DNA of 64,000 nucleotides from NCBI RefSeq assembly GCF_036321535.1, contig NC_087436.1, forward strand, positions 54,500,001 through 54,564,000, in the 5' to 3' direction. The DNA is from Camelus dromedarius. Taxonomy: Eukaryota. How positions within the stretch are numbered: the first letter of the stretch is position 1; every line of letters starts with the position of its first letter. The translations under genes and the position numbers were made by a program. The notes under the pieces were generated by a model, which was not told the DNA's origin, did no database searches, and saw only the letters and a list, made by a program, of their open reading frames with translations. Shown here in pieces: positions 1-12,699 of the stretch.

Positions 1-72
1 AACCAGCTGGTGCCAGAGAATTGCTTGGTTGTGTGGAGAAAATACCCACACATTGGAACTGGGTGCAGAGTC
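1..72 (+). mobile_element. 3' part of a MER21-like (ERVL) LTR, truncated by the window edge
   Basis: CCAGCTGGTG-C-AGAGAATTGCTTGG-TGTGTGGAGAAAA-ACCCACACATT resembles the recalled MER21 3' end. Confidence 0.55.
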
Positions 73-74
73 TT

Positions 75-1370
75 ACCCATGCTCAATAAAAACTCCTAGG
101 AAATTAATAATAGATGGAAAATTCATTAATCTAATTGAGTATTTACCCAAAACATAGGACGAACATTGTATTCAGTGTTACAATCTTAGAAGCATTTTAT
201 TCAAATTCAAGAAAAGGACAAGGATGTCTAATGATTTCCACTCCCAATTTAAGAGAATAATGGAGGCACTATCTTGAACAATGAGAAAAGGGAAAAAATG
301 TGGATAAAGATTAGTGTGGAAATTGATTCATAAAGATTGGAGCAGAAGGGTGGATGGAGTTTTAAAGAGCAAAAACTATGATAAGGCTATCAGATTTATT
401 TTAGAATTAAAAAAACGACATCAGGCATTGGATTTGATGGAACATATGGAACATATTAGTGATAGATACATAGAAAATTAATAAAATAAAAAAGTGTCCA
501 AAACTGGCATTATTTGAAAATGATATTATTAACATGAAAAAAATAAAAGAATCTATATACAAATAATAAAGTTTATGAAATTTTGACAACCTCCCATTGT
601 AAGATCATTATGCAAAAAGTGATTGCATTTCTATATACCAGCAGTAATTAGAAAATGTAAAATTATTTTAAAGTTACTATGTTAATAGCAATAAAATATG
701 TGGTACATAGAAACAAAACCAACAAAAGAAGTATAAATAAAAGTATATGGAAAGACATTACAATGACCTAAATGAAGAAATGTATTATGTTCATGAATAG
801 GAAGCTTCTCAGATTTGAATTCTTTCAACGTGATCTGTGAATTTATGGCTTTTAAGAAAATGTTTCCCAAGGAACTTGACAAGATTGTTTAAAATTTATT
901 TCAAGTAGTAAAGAATATATAAGAAGGAAGGAAGAAAATTCTAAGGAAGGAAATTGCAGGGAGATTCCTGGACCACATTAGATTTTATAGTGCTACAGTA
1001 ATTAAATCAGTGTGATACTGGTGTAGGGATCAACACACAGACCAATAAACAGAACAGAATCCCTCAAAATAGACATATATATGTATGTATATTTTATATA
1101 TATATAAAATGAAACTTGATATATGAGAAAGCTGGCCTTTGAAGATCATTGAGTGAAAGATAGACTTTTTGAGACTTGTTGCAGAAAAAAAATAATCCAT
1201 ACGGGGAAAAAAAGGAAATTGAATCTTCACAGTACACCATATGCAACACTCAATTCTGGATAGATTAAATACTTATTTTGAAAAGTGTAATTTAAATCTT
1301 TTAGAAGAATACATAAAGCTATCTTTATAAGAGTTTTAACTTTTAAAATAATTCACAAAAAGCACATAAG
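75..1370 (+). mobile_element. Ancient L1 (L1M/L1ME-type) ORF2 fragment, highly decayed
   Basis: 75-230 is a degenerate version of L1 ORF2 HPFMIKTL..GIEGNFLNLIK...LEAFPL.SG.RQGC; later blocks match ORF2 (attgcatttctatataccagca, gtgctacagtaattaaatcagtgtgatactgg, acagaacagaatccc, cacaccatatgcaa). Confidence 0.75.
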
Positions 1371-1374
1371 GAAA

Positions 1375-1600
1375 TCTGGGAAACCAAATATCTAACTAAC
1401 TGGAGTTCCAGAAAGAGAAAACAGCCAATTAAGGTAAGAAATTTATCAGAGAATTAATATGAACATTTCTCCCTGGATTTAAAGATGTGATCTCCAGATT
1501 GAAAAGGACTACCAATGTCCTGGTACAGTGAAAGAAAAAGCAAACAAAAACAAATGCACAAAGAAACAAAGGCACATTATTTTGAAGTTCCCAGAACAAT
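1375..1600 (+). mobile_element. Ancient L1 ORF1 fragment
   Basis: Degenerate NI.L.GVPE.E...ENF.ELKD...QIERAH.VP...RHII.KF (ctaactggagttccagaaagaga, ctccagattgaaaaggac, ggcacattattttgaagttc). Confidence 0.65.
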
Positions 1601-1639
1601 TGGAATAATTATACCAACAAAAATCTAAGGTCAGTTTTG

Positions 1640-2446
1640 GCTCCATCTCATCCATTCCATGCCCAACCCTAATTAAACCAACTGTTAAGTGCTCTAGACT
1701 CTATTTGTGCTATATTTCTCACATCATTCCTTTCCTTCCATTCCTTCTGCTGCTGTGTGGTTCTGATCATTATTTTCTCTTTTCTAGATGCTTCAATAAT
1801 CTCCAAATTAACCTTTGCCTAAAATCTCTCTGCAATTCTAGTTTATTAGTCCTATGCACCTAGACATTCAGGTTAACTGTGCCCAAAATTACTTCCTGTT
1901 TTCTGTTGCTTCTTAAATTAAGTCCAGATCCTTATCTTGGTTTTTAAGGATATGTGTAGAAATACTCCAACTCTAATTTTTGAATTTTTTTCCCACTGCA
2001 CATATGCATACCTGTTCTTTAGCTATTTTGTGGGGAAGATGTATGTGTGACTATATCTTCTAGTTACTGACTCATAGTCACTTCTAGTCTTCTGTAGATG
2101 TTGTGTCATCCAATATAGAGTGTCACTTCTGTGCACCTCTTTCTGTAGCAATCCCATCTAGCTTCAAGGCCCATTTCAAAGCTTTCTCCTTTATGAATCC
2201 TTTTTTGAGCTCTCAACAAATGTGAAATAAGCATGTATCTCATTGGAGATCCATCTTTACTTGAACAGTTTCAAAATATTTGCCCTTTTTTTGCTTTATA
2301 TTATAACTATTTGTTTGCTGGTCTTAGAGTATTTGATTTTAAGCCCTTTGAAGAAAGGGCTTTATTTTACACATGTTTATATTCCAGCATCTAGCATGCA
2401 CCTTACACAAAGGAAGCATTTGATAAACATTTACTTATTGAATAAA
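1640..2446 (+). mobile_element. L2 LINE fragments ending in the L2 3' tail
   Basis: Pyrimidine-rich L2-like blocks; ends in attccagcatctagcatgca...gcatttgataaacatttacttattgaataaa, like the L2 3' terminus. Confidence 0.6.
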
Positions 2447-3879
2447 ATTCTTAACTTTATTCAATTAGCATATACTTTTAATTTCAAAAAGAGGGAAAGG
2501 TTTGATTAAAAATTCCAAATTATGTAAACAGTAAAAGTAAACTTTATATGTATATATTAATTATTTGGGTTTGATGAATTGAAACCTCACAAAAATATAT
2601 TGGCATGGACCTGTGTATAAAAAAGATATGTGTATAATCATTTCTTAATCCTACTAAGTAATTAGCTTTAATGAAGCAAACTTAAACATTCTAATATTTT
2701 ATTTTTCATTTGTTAGATTTTAAAAGTGGATAAATATATTCTCTTAGTTAATAAATCAAAAAGAACTGCTGACATTAATTTGGGTTCTCAGATCAAAATA
2801 TGGTAATTTAAAAATTTTATTCATTTTATGTTATCATTTAATTATACTTATCAGAGTGATTATTGTTTTTCTGTTGCCTTTCTGATTGCTGTTTCTTCTG
2901 GAGTTTTATTCAGTGCAATTTACTTATTAGAAGAATATATTTTAATATATTTTCTTTTTATATAATTCACATGTTTGAATTTAAACATTTAATCATAAAA
3001 AATGATTTAAGACACTCAGGCATTTCTCTAATTTTGTATCAAAGGAATAGTATGCTTAGGGAATTGTTAAAAAATACAGGTATATATCTATGACCTAGCT
3101 AAAAGCATGTTTTAAAGCTTTTCTTATTATTTACAACAAATAATATTCTGGAAATCTTAAGGTACATCTATGAGAAGGCAACATGGGTTAGCTACCAACA
3201 TCCTGACTTATGACATTCACAGGATTAATGAGAAGGTTAGCTTATACCTTCTCAGAGAATCATGATTTGGATATTGATACAAGAAGAAGAAACCAATTTG
3301 GTTGCAGTGAACCACGGCAGACTAGGGTACAACATGTGCTTGAAAGAAATAAAAGGTACATTGTTCGGAATTTTATCCCCTTATCTCTTATTTCACTTTA
3401 TTTTTCATCTTCAAGTGTGATGATCTGTGGAAGGGTCGGGTTATCCAAAAGTGTACCATTTATTTATAACTACAAAATTTTCCAAGCTACAAAACTTCCT
3501 AGCCTTATGTTTCAACAATCAAGCAAGTCAACTTATGAGCTGTCTCCCATGGGGATAGCGTTATGTAAATTGGGTCTCCAGTATTATGTAAAGTGATTAA
3601 TGTTAGAGAACACGAAACAGCAAATATTCATCTTTTTCTCTGACAGTTATACTCCTGTTATGTAGTCAACTGTTTTTTTCCTGCTCTAATTCCAAATTCT
3701 AGGGTTTGTTAGTGGAAATTGATTTATAAAATATAAATGTTACAATTTCACTTAAATTCTTTTAAAATATTCTGATAAATGGACCCACCGTTTTTCTACT
3801 TCTAAGTCTCTTTATTGTTGTTCAGTTGTTTCTTAGTTGCACATTTATCATTTTATCGACTAAAATCACTTTCTTCTGT

Positions 3880-4030
3880 CTTTGAACTATTTTTAATGCT
3901 GTTCCTTGAACAACTTTCAGGTTATTCTGTATGTTTCTGGTACTGAGGTATGGGACTAAAATGAGTATTCCAGATGCAGACTCAATATAGTTGTGTAGTG
4001 AAGAATTTCACCTCCTAATTTTGGTATGTG
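3880..4030 (-). mobile_element. CR1/L3 LINE fragment
   Basis: tgaggtatgggactaaaatgagtattccagatgcagactc...tcacctcc resembles the antisense L3 RT segment. Confidence 0.45.
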
Positions 4031-4416
4031 AGGTCTTTTACTTATCCCCAAATAGAAATGGCCTATTTTCCTGATGCATTTTAATGTAAATTGTATATCA
4101 CCTGCTTTCTCTATGCAAAATCTGAGAGTAAAACTGCATCATATTTTCTACTTTAAATTCTTTGCTTTTAGTAACTTATTTGGTATCAGTTAAGTATATA
4201 ATCATTAATATTAATTTTTATATCATTCTATGATAGTACATCTGCATCCTATACTTAAGTCAGGTGTAACCTCTTGATTCTTTCACTATAGGTGTGTGTG
4301 CACACATGATCAAAAGGCATATAAAAATTGTATAGACATGTATTTATTATAACTATACATATTTATGTGTTTGTAGGCTAAGAACACCTCGATAGATTAA
4401 AAATAATCACCTAGAA

Positions 4417-4633
4417 CAGGAGTTGGCAAACTATAGTCCATGGGCTAAACTGGGATTCCTATTTTGTAAATAAAGTCTTATTGAAATGCAACTATAGTAA
4501 TTTTTATATATATTGTGTATTGGACATTTGCAGCACAAAGGCAGAGCTGAGTAGTTGTGGCCAAGACCTTATGATCCACAAAGCCTGATTTATTTTCTGT
4601 CTAGTCTTTTCAGAAAAAATTTACCAACTCCTG
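4417..4633. mobile_element. MER58A-like hAT-Charlie MITE, full length
   Basis: Perfect 10-bp TIRs CAGGAGTTGG/CCAACTCCTG; exact 8-bp TSD ACCTAGAA (4409-4416, 4634-4641); internal tttgtaaataaagt and gcagagctgagtagttg match MER58A. Confidence 0.9.
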
Positions 4634-5099
4634 ACCTAGAAAATTGTTTACATGGTTGTTAAGTGCTTAATAAATGAACGTTTAAATTAATATGTGGATG
4701 AATTTAATGATTGTTAGGTTAAAATTTCTGATTCATGGATTATTACTAACATTGCTTTCATTATTTTAAAATATGACATTTATGTATTTAATATAGAAAA
4801 TTACAAAGAAGCTAATAAAAACAGGTAATAATTTTCTTGCCTTACAATAGCTATTGATGTTTCTAAATAAAAACAATGCACATACATAATCCAAAGTTAA
4901 CTGTAATTATGAAGTCTTTGTTATTCTTTTCAGAAAATAAAATCCATAATAATTACACACACATTGAGTAACACACGTGAGAGCACACCCTCATCTATTT
5001 TACACCTTTTTCCTCTTGGAGATGTTTTCATATTAACACATACGTAACCTCCTATTCCTGACTGAATGGTATTCCTTAAGAGGAAGCAACCTATAATCA

Positions 5100-5270
5100 G
5101 TGCAGGTTTACATCGCACTTCTACTACTGTCTAGCTGTGCGACCTTGGGCAAGAACTCCTCAAGCTTGTGTTTTCCATCTTTAAAATAGGTATAATATCT
5201 CAATATTTTTGTGTGGATTAGGTAGAATTATACACATTAAATGCTGAGAAGAGTGAGTAGCAACTATTAG
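5100..5270 (+). mobile_element. MIR SINE
   Basis: Core ctagctgtgcgaccttgggcaag...ttttccatctttaaaatagg. Confidence 0.75.
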
Positions 5271-5289
5271 TTGTTTTTGTTTTTTGCTA

Positions 5290-5860
5290 TTGTTGGACAC
5301 TTTAGTTATTCCCTGTGTTTTTGCTATTACAGCTTTGCAAAAGATACCTTTTTAATAGTACCTTGGAAAACTTTGATAGTCGTATCTGTAATTCCAAGTT
5401 GTGGGTTTTCTGGGCCAAAAGGGATGTCCATTTCAATTTTCAAAAATTATTGCCCAATTATTTTTCAGAAATAGTGCTCCAATTTGTATTTTCACTGATG
5501 GTGTGAACTCTTTCCACCACACTGTTGCCTGCAGTGGATATCATCAAATTTTAAAAATTTGTCATTTAGACTGGTGAATGATGACTTTTAAATTTACTTA
5601 TTGTAATGAAATGGGTTTTTTTTTTCATATATTCCGTGTTGGCTTATATTTTTGGTCTATTAAATATTTATTCATATTCTACCCAGTTTCCACTAGGATA
5701 GTTTATTTCCTTCATAGTAGTAGTGATCCCTTTATAAATTAACCAAAATGCTTACGTGGATGTCCTATCTGAGATAAACAAGCTTTCCTGGAATGTTGTA
5801 AATTTCTTAATTGCATTTGTCATATTTTTCTTATATTGGAGTATTTAACTTTTACCAAAT
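5290..5860 (-). mobile_element. Old L1 (L1ME-like) 3' ORF2/UTR fragment
   Basis: Antisense L1 blocks (ttgttggacactttagttatt, gggccaaaagggatgtccattt, ttgcccaatta). Confidence 0.55.
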
Positions 5861-6979
5861 TCATCAAGCTCTGGGGAACATAATCCTGATTTATGTCTTA
5901 TATCCCTTTTACATCATATTACTGTTAATGATACCATGCATTTGATTACTTGACTTGAGAGAGCGATCTCAGGATCATCTCCTCTGAGCATCACAACCAT
6001 GATTAAAACTGCTCAAAGGTGAATGGGAGTATGAAATTAATTTTTCTTTACTTTTGGGTATTCCTATAAATTTACTGATGCACACAGCTGTTGGAAATTC
6101 ATTCCATATCAAGGAGTGTCAGGATAAGTCTTAATATGTAATTTTTCAACATCCTGAAGAGATTCTTTTAGAAAATGAGCACCTACTACATTTCATATTC
6201 TGTGATGTGACAGGGCTAGAGATATAGGAATAGAGGTTGGGGCTTGGGTTAGATGTCTGAAGTATGAAACAGAAACCTATGACTTTCTAGGGCTACAAAG
6301 ACTATTCTAGAAAATGCCTCCCATCTTCTCTGGACTCAGAATAGAAACTTGGGCCACTAACCTCCATCAAAAACACTATAAGTTAAAAATAAGGCCATAG
6401 GACTTGTGTACTAAGTCGTGTTACCCACATTAATTCATAATGTTACCTATGTTGTTGAAATTGGCTAGGGAAGAAGGGTTCATATACAATAAATTGAAGA
6501 TTCTTATTAGTTTGAAAATTTGAATATTTTTATAATTTGTTTAATATCCTCTTGGTACTTCTTCAGTTCCCAAGAAGTTATAAAGCCATCTATCCATTAA
6601 ATAGTATAATACAGAGAACATGTTGATGAAAAATAGTGACTAATTAATTTGGCATCTAATTATAGAGGGTAGTACTTCTCAGCAAATTACTTTTTCTTAA
6701 TGCTTTTCATAATCATTTTAATATTTGAAGTATTTCCCTAATGTTTAGATGAAGAGAGAAGGTAATGATAAATATATATTTTATTCTTCATTTTACTCAT
6801 CCACTTAATAAATATTTGTTGAATAGTAAGACCTAATAATTCTCAAAGATACTTCAGTGATATGATGGATGAATGAATTATGGACCCAGTTCTCTAGAGA
6901 CCTGTGTTTTACTAGCAAAGACAAAATAAACATTATCTATATGGCCACATTGATATGGCCCATACATAAGAGGGGTACA

Positions 6980-8860
6980 AAATCTGTATACTGTCTGGTG
7001 TAATTTTTGTTTTAATCATCAAATGTAATTTAAGAAACCCATCAGAAAAGGAAGTCTATTGTATGTATCCATATTTCTGCAGTTTCTGTGGTTTCTTTTT
7101 CCTTGCTGATGCTCCAAGTTCTTTCCTTTTATTGCATAACTTCCTTTACCTGATATTTAAGTGTAAGTTGGTTACCAACAAATTCTTTTAGTTTTCCTCC
7201 ATCTGAAAATGTCATTATTTCCCTTTCATTCCTGAATGCTAGTTTTTCCAGGTATAAAATTCATGTTGACAGTTCTTTTCTTTTAGCACTTGAAAACACT
7301 GTGCCACTTCTTTCTGGTTTCCATGATTTTTCTATGAGAAATCTGCTGTTATTCAAATTGGTGTTCCCCTTTTAATGTCATTTCTCTCTAGCTGCTTTCA
7401 AGATTTTTTTTTCTTTAGTTTTTAGAGGTTTAATTATGGTATGCCTTGTCACGATTTCTTTGAGTTTATCAGGTTTGGAGTGTTTTGCTTCTTAATACAC
7501 AGGTTTGTCTTTCATCAAGGAATTTCATCCATTATTTCTTGGGATATACCTTTAGCATGATTTTTTTTTCTGTTTTCCTTATGGGACTCAGATGATATGA
7601 ATATTGGGTCATTTTATATTGTCTCTCAGGTCCCTTAAGCCCCTGAGGCTCTGTTCATGTTTTTTTTTTTATATATATTTTCCCTATTGCTTGAATTAGA
7701 TGAATTCTACTGATTTGTCCTCAGTTTCACTGATTCAGTCCTATATCATCTCCACTCTACTATTAAGTCCATTCAGTGAATGCTTTGTTCCTGAATTTTT
7801 CAATTGTATAGAAGTTCTATAATTTCCATTTGCTCATTTTTAATAATTTATTTTCAGAGGTTTCCTATTTTTATTTGTTTTAAGGGAATTTGTGATTGAT
7901 TGTTAGATAACATTCATGAGGGCTTCCTTAAAATTCTTGTCAAATAATTCCAACATCTAATTCATCTCACTTTAGCATCAATCATTTCTCTTTAAGATTG
8001 TGATTAACTTTGTTTCTGGTATGATGGATGACTTTTTATTGTATGTCCCAGACAGTTTATTTATTTTCATATTTTTCTATTTTGTCTAGGTCCTATTTTA
8101 GCAGGCAGTCACCTTGTTTAGATTCAGCTGACCGTTTCTGACTAATTTTTTAGGGTTATGGTTGTAAAGAGAGTTTAATTTTTAGAGACTTTACAGCTTT
8201 ACAGTGATCTTTTTTGTTTATCCAGCACCACTGGTGCTCCTCTTGGGCCCTTCTTATGCTACCAGAGGAGGCACAAGGTGTTTGGTAGATTGGGCCATAG
8301 TTTCCTCTCAGGGGCACGGAGGGTGGGTCTTAGATATGTGGAAATAAAGAGGCTCTTTTGTTGGCTCAGGATTACCCTGTCTATGAGCTATTCATAACAC
8401 TTTCCAGTTTGAGTACTTGTGATAAGACCTTCCCTACCAATGCCCCTTGGCCTCCTTAGTATTTTCAGGAAATACTAATTTCCTGTGTGCTAGAAAAGAG
8501 AGTCTCAGACTTACAGGGTCAAATGGCTTTCTTGGCTGGGCTGTTTAGTGGCTAGATCCCTCTTGCCAGTGGTAACCCAGCTACTTTGGTATTTCTTTCT
8601 GGGGGCGATGAATCTCAGGCCTGGTGGTGAAAGAGAGCATTTCTGGTCACTTAATATTAGTAGAGCTCTAATTAGTAGACTCTTTGATGGTGTTTACTGG
8701 CTGTCCTGTCTCTTAGAGGGAGGGAGGTGTCTCGGCCTATTGACAACAAAAGGGCTTCCTGATCCAATCTGTGTTGTGGTTGGTTTCTTCTAGCTGGTTC
8801 TGATGCTATGGTGTCAATGGTTGAGAAAGGACAGTCTCAGACCCACAGGTACAAAGAGAC
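6980..8860 (-). mobile_element. Old L1 5' region (inter-ORF, ORF1, 5'UTR), antisense
   Basis: Antisense ORF1 motifs: tctgaaaatgtcattatttccctttcattcctgaa, ttttagcacttgaaaa, gagaaatctgctgttattc, gctgctttcaagatttt, ccctgaggctctgttca. Confidence 0.75.
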
Positions 8861-8869
8861 TTCTATTAC

Positions 8870-10035
8870 TGAGTTTTGAGAATTTCTTATATATTCTGGG
8901 TGGATATCAGATATGTTTTGTGATTTTTTTTTTAGAGTCTATGGTTTATCTTTTTAATTTCTTAATAATTCATTCAAAAAGAAGTTCTTAATTATGTTGA
9001 CGTCTAATTTATCAATATTTGTTTTACATATTGTACTTTTGGCATCATATCTAAGAAGTTTTTGCTTAATCCATGGACACAAAGTTCTCTAATATCTTCT
9101 AAAAGTTTTGTAGCTTTTTTTATATAATGTGAGCTTTGAGCTGAAGTTTATTTTATTGCATATGAATATCCAATTGTTCTAGCATCAAGCATTGACAGAC
9201 TGTCCTTTGTCTACTGAATTGTCTTTTCACCGTTGATAATATCACTTGTGAGTCTATTTCTAGACTTACTGTAGCTATTCTTTCTATTCCATTCTTTTTC
9301 ATCTATTTGACTATGTGTAGCCAGTGCTACACACTGTTCTAATTAATGTAGCTTTAAATTGTGAATTAAGTAGTTCTCCAAATTTTTTTCTTTCTCAAAG
9401 TTTTTTAGCATCAAATTCTCTGTATTCCATGTAAATTTTAAAATCAATTTCTCAATTTCCATTTTTTAAAAAAACCTGCTTTTTAAAAATGAGATTGTGT
9501 TAAATGTGTAGTTACATTGGAGAACAATTGCCACCTTAACAATATTGACTCTTACAACTAATGAACATGATGTGACTCTACACTATTTAAGTTTTCTTTA
9601 ATTCCTCTTAATAATACTTTATGACACATTTTAGTCTGTAGTTACTGCACATCTTTTGTCATAGGTCTTCCTAAGTATTTCATATTTTGATGCTATTGTA
9701 AATACTGTGGCATTTTTTAAAACTTTAATTTCTTATTGTTTATTGCTCATATGTAGAAAGGCAATTGATTTTTATGTATTGATCTTGTATCCTGCAATTC
9801 TACTCAAATCAATTGTCAGTGCCAATAGCTTTTCTTATAAATATCACAGGATTTTCTACATACATGATAATGCCTTCTGTGAATTAAGAAAGTTTTACTT
9901 CCTTTCCATATGGATGCAGCTTATTCCTTTTTCTGGCCTTATTGCACTAGGTAGAACTTCCAGTAAAATGTTAAATAGAAGAGGTGAGAGCAGGTATCTT
10001 TGATTTTTTTCCTGATATTAAGAGACTGTGTTTTA
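8870..10035 (-). mobile_element. Old L1 ORF2 (RT / C-terminal) fragment, antisense
   Basis: Antisense ORF2 motifs: atccaattgttctagcatc, ttaacaatattgactctt, caattgatttttatgtattgatcttgtatcctgcaa, cttattgcactaggtagaacttccagtaaaatgttaaatagaagaggtgagagcagg. Confidence 0.8.
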
Positions 10036-11845
10036 GATTTTGCTCCTCTAATCCATCTGGCTAGAACACATCATGTCTTGTTTCTTTCCCCCTAGCTGAA
10101 TAGTCCTGGATGGATTATTGCACTGGGGATAATTCTTCTCACGCTCTGAAGTTGGTTATAAGAGCCAGCGATTGTCCTAAAATTATTCCCTATTAGTTAG
10201 TTCATATGAAAACAGCAGGAGCTCTTGGTTAACTCCTAAGCAAAATTTTGCCCATTTTAAAAAAATTTACTTGTTTGTTTTGCTTAAGGAAAACGTTCCT
10301 CAAATTTGTAAAATGAAGGCTCAGTGTTGTTATTTTTAAAAGGAGTTTCTGGCAACTTAATCTTTGTTAATACCTGCCTTATGACTAGAGTAGTTCGGCA
10401 CTTTATTCCAACATTACAAAGGACTTGCCAAGTGACCAATAATATACAGTTACTATTCCTTCATCTTGTTCTGAGTGATCCTAGATAGACCTCTTTATAT
10501 TGCTGCTTTGGAAGTTTTTGTAGCTGGTAATGGGGTGGAGCTGAACTAGGTGGCCACTGTGAAACTGGCAATCAGGACATTAAATCTTTTCTTCTGGTGG
10601 GAGAAATTCGTCTAATGGAAGAAATTGTAGCCTTGGCTAGAAACCATGACAGCCTAGATCATCAAATCTATGTTTGTTTATAAGTTGGCAAATGATGAAG
10701 GTTTAAAAAGTAGCATTAGAGTAATAAAGTAAGGGAATTTTCATCAGTATTGTTAAGGATTGTGTGTTTATGCAAAAAATATATCCCTGGGTATGTATCA
10801 TTGATAAGCATACTATAGTGTCTCAGAAACATCAGGAGACTGTCAGATTCTTGATAATATTTGTCACTTTGTGGACATTCTCTTCTCTGAGTTTATGACA
10901 GCAGTTCACACAGCCCTGACATCATTTATCTCCATCTTGCAGTGTAAATAATACAGACCTTGCTGGTTATCCAGGTAACCTAAATTTTATATTCATATAG
11001 CTTTTAGGATTATTCCTGGCATTTGGATGCATTCAGTAAATAAAACAGTTAAAGGTATAATTGTGCCACCAATCAATTTATCATTCTAGACTATACCTTT
11101 TACTCGGTTACCAATACTGTGTTTTGATTTAGTCTTTTTCCCCCCTGTAATATATGAACAACATTCTTTTTTGAGAAATTATAAGAAATTAAATTCTTGT
11201 TAGAGAAATTGACCTATTGATGGTTGATAAGAACATAATGACAGAATAAAAGACAATGATGAGTATAAGTAGATGATTCAAGAGAAACATTATATAGTAT
11301 AAGCAAGTGAATTTTCATTGTAATAATAAAACAATATCCTCTATTAGTTACTGGATTTGCTCATTTTTGTCTTAATTCACTATTATTTGCCATGAAATTT
11401 GTAACTAAAAATTTTTACATATTACATTCTGATACTATTTTTCAGGCTTACCTATCTACTAAATTGATTTTCTAACCCACTAAAATGGACTTAACTTGCA
11501 ACTTGACAAATGCACTGAGTAGGTATAGGCACATTCTACAGGTCTTAGTAGTCTGTGATTTAGGAAAACATTTGGAGTAATTGTGGGTTCTAAAGTCAAT
11601 GCCTGACTTCTTACACAATGAGGGAGACTTGTAGGGCAGAAATAAGAGATGAGGTTGGGACAGAGGCTGTGGTTCCCAGAGCCAGTGTTGATTATAGCTT
11701 ATAGATCCTAGATAAAAGGAAAATCACTTTATGGTCTAAATTTCTACTTAAAACAGTTAATTATCAAATAATAAGGTCAAAAAAAAATCACAAATGGGAA
11801 CAGAATAAATGGTACAATTATTTTCCCATTATGGTATCTGGAAAG

Positions 11846-12181
11846 TATTAAAACAAAAACAAAAACAAAACCGCAGAAATCTCAAGTAAATAGAGCTGGG
11901 TGACCAGAAGGGGGAGGTCTCACCCCCTGCAACATAGCAGAGCCCAACAGGAGGAAGAAAGATTCCTCTTTCCTGGCAGGTACTCAGCCAGTGAAAGCCA
12001 TGGACTCTGTTTAGCCTTCCCCACTTCCTTTTCCCTCTATAAAAGCATTCTCCTTCCCTTGCTTGCTGTGACTTGCACCTGGCTCACCATGGTTGTAGAC
12101 TCCCAAACTGCAATTCTCTGCTGATCCCCAGTGGACTCATCTTTGCTAGAGAAATATCTGGCAGTCTATTTCAGATCAACA
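11846..12181 (+). repeat. 5' LTR of the provirus
   Basis: Aligns to 17957-18295 (e.g. tgcaacatagcagagcccaacag is identical); TATAAAA at 12038-12044; ends ...GATCAACA; 5' TG apparently mutated to TA. Confidence 0.88.
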
Positions 12182-12184
12182 TTT

Positions 12185-12202
12185 TAGTGTCCCATATTGG
12201 GA
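12185..12202 (+). other. Degenerate primer binding site, best match tRNA-Ile(AAU)
   Basis: TAGTGTCCCATATTGGGA vs the tRNA-Ile PBS TGGTGGCCCGTACGGGGA is 13/18, and two mismatches are CpG-decay type; lies 3 nt after the LTR. Confidence 0.6.
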
Positions 12203-12699
12203 CCAGAGGAGGTTCCTGACGATTTCAGTGCTGGTAAGAAAACAGGTGCATACCCAGTTAAGCCTGGATTCGAGCTCATACACTCTCTGCGTTTGAAGCT
12301 CTTCAGGCTTTATTCAAGACCTTTTTAAAGTTTTCATCGTTCTGGTTAAGGTCCTGTTCTGTTTATAGGTACTTGTTTGGCACTTTGGTCTGATCTTGAG
12401 ATCAGACCGAACCAAAGCTGGCTGAAAATGCCTTTGGCGCAATTCCTTCAGGAAGAGGCTGCTTCAAATGAAACTGTGCCAGTTTTCCAGTCTCTGACCT
12501 GTTCCTTTGGAAGGGGCTGTCCTCTGGAGACTGGCGAAAAGAGCCTTCAGCCTGGCTCCTCTGGGACCAAGCCGTCTCCTTGGGACTGGCTGGGATTAGT
12601 GCACAGGCTTTTTGAGACGAGCCATGTGTGCTGTAAGCTGGGTGAGCTGTTTGAAAATTGTTCTTTACATTAGAGGGAAAACCTCTGACAAATTGAATC

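Noticed and set aside
3210..3596. 128-aa single-exon gene
   Set aside because: No recognisable homology and the 3' half looks intronic; only the 3256-3355 part is kept as a candidate exon
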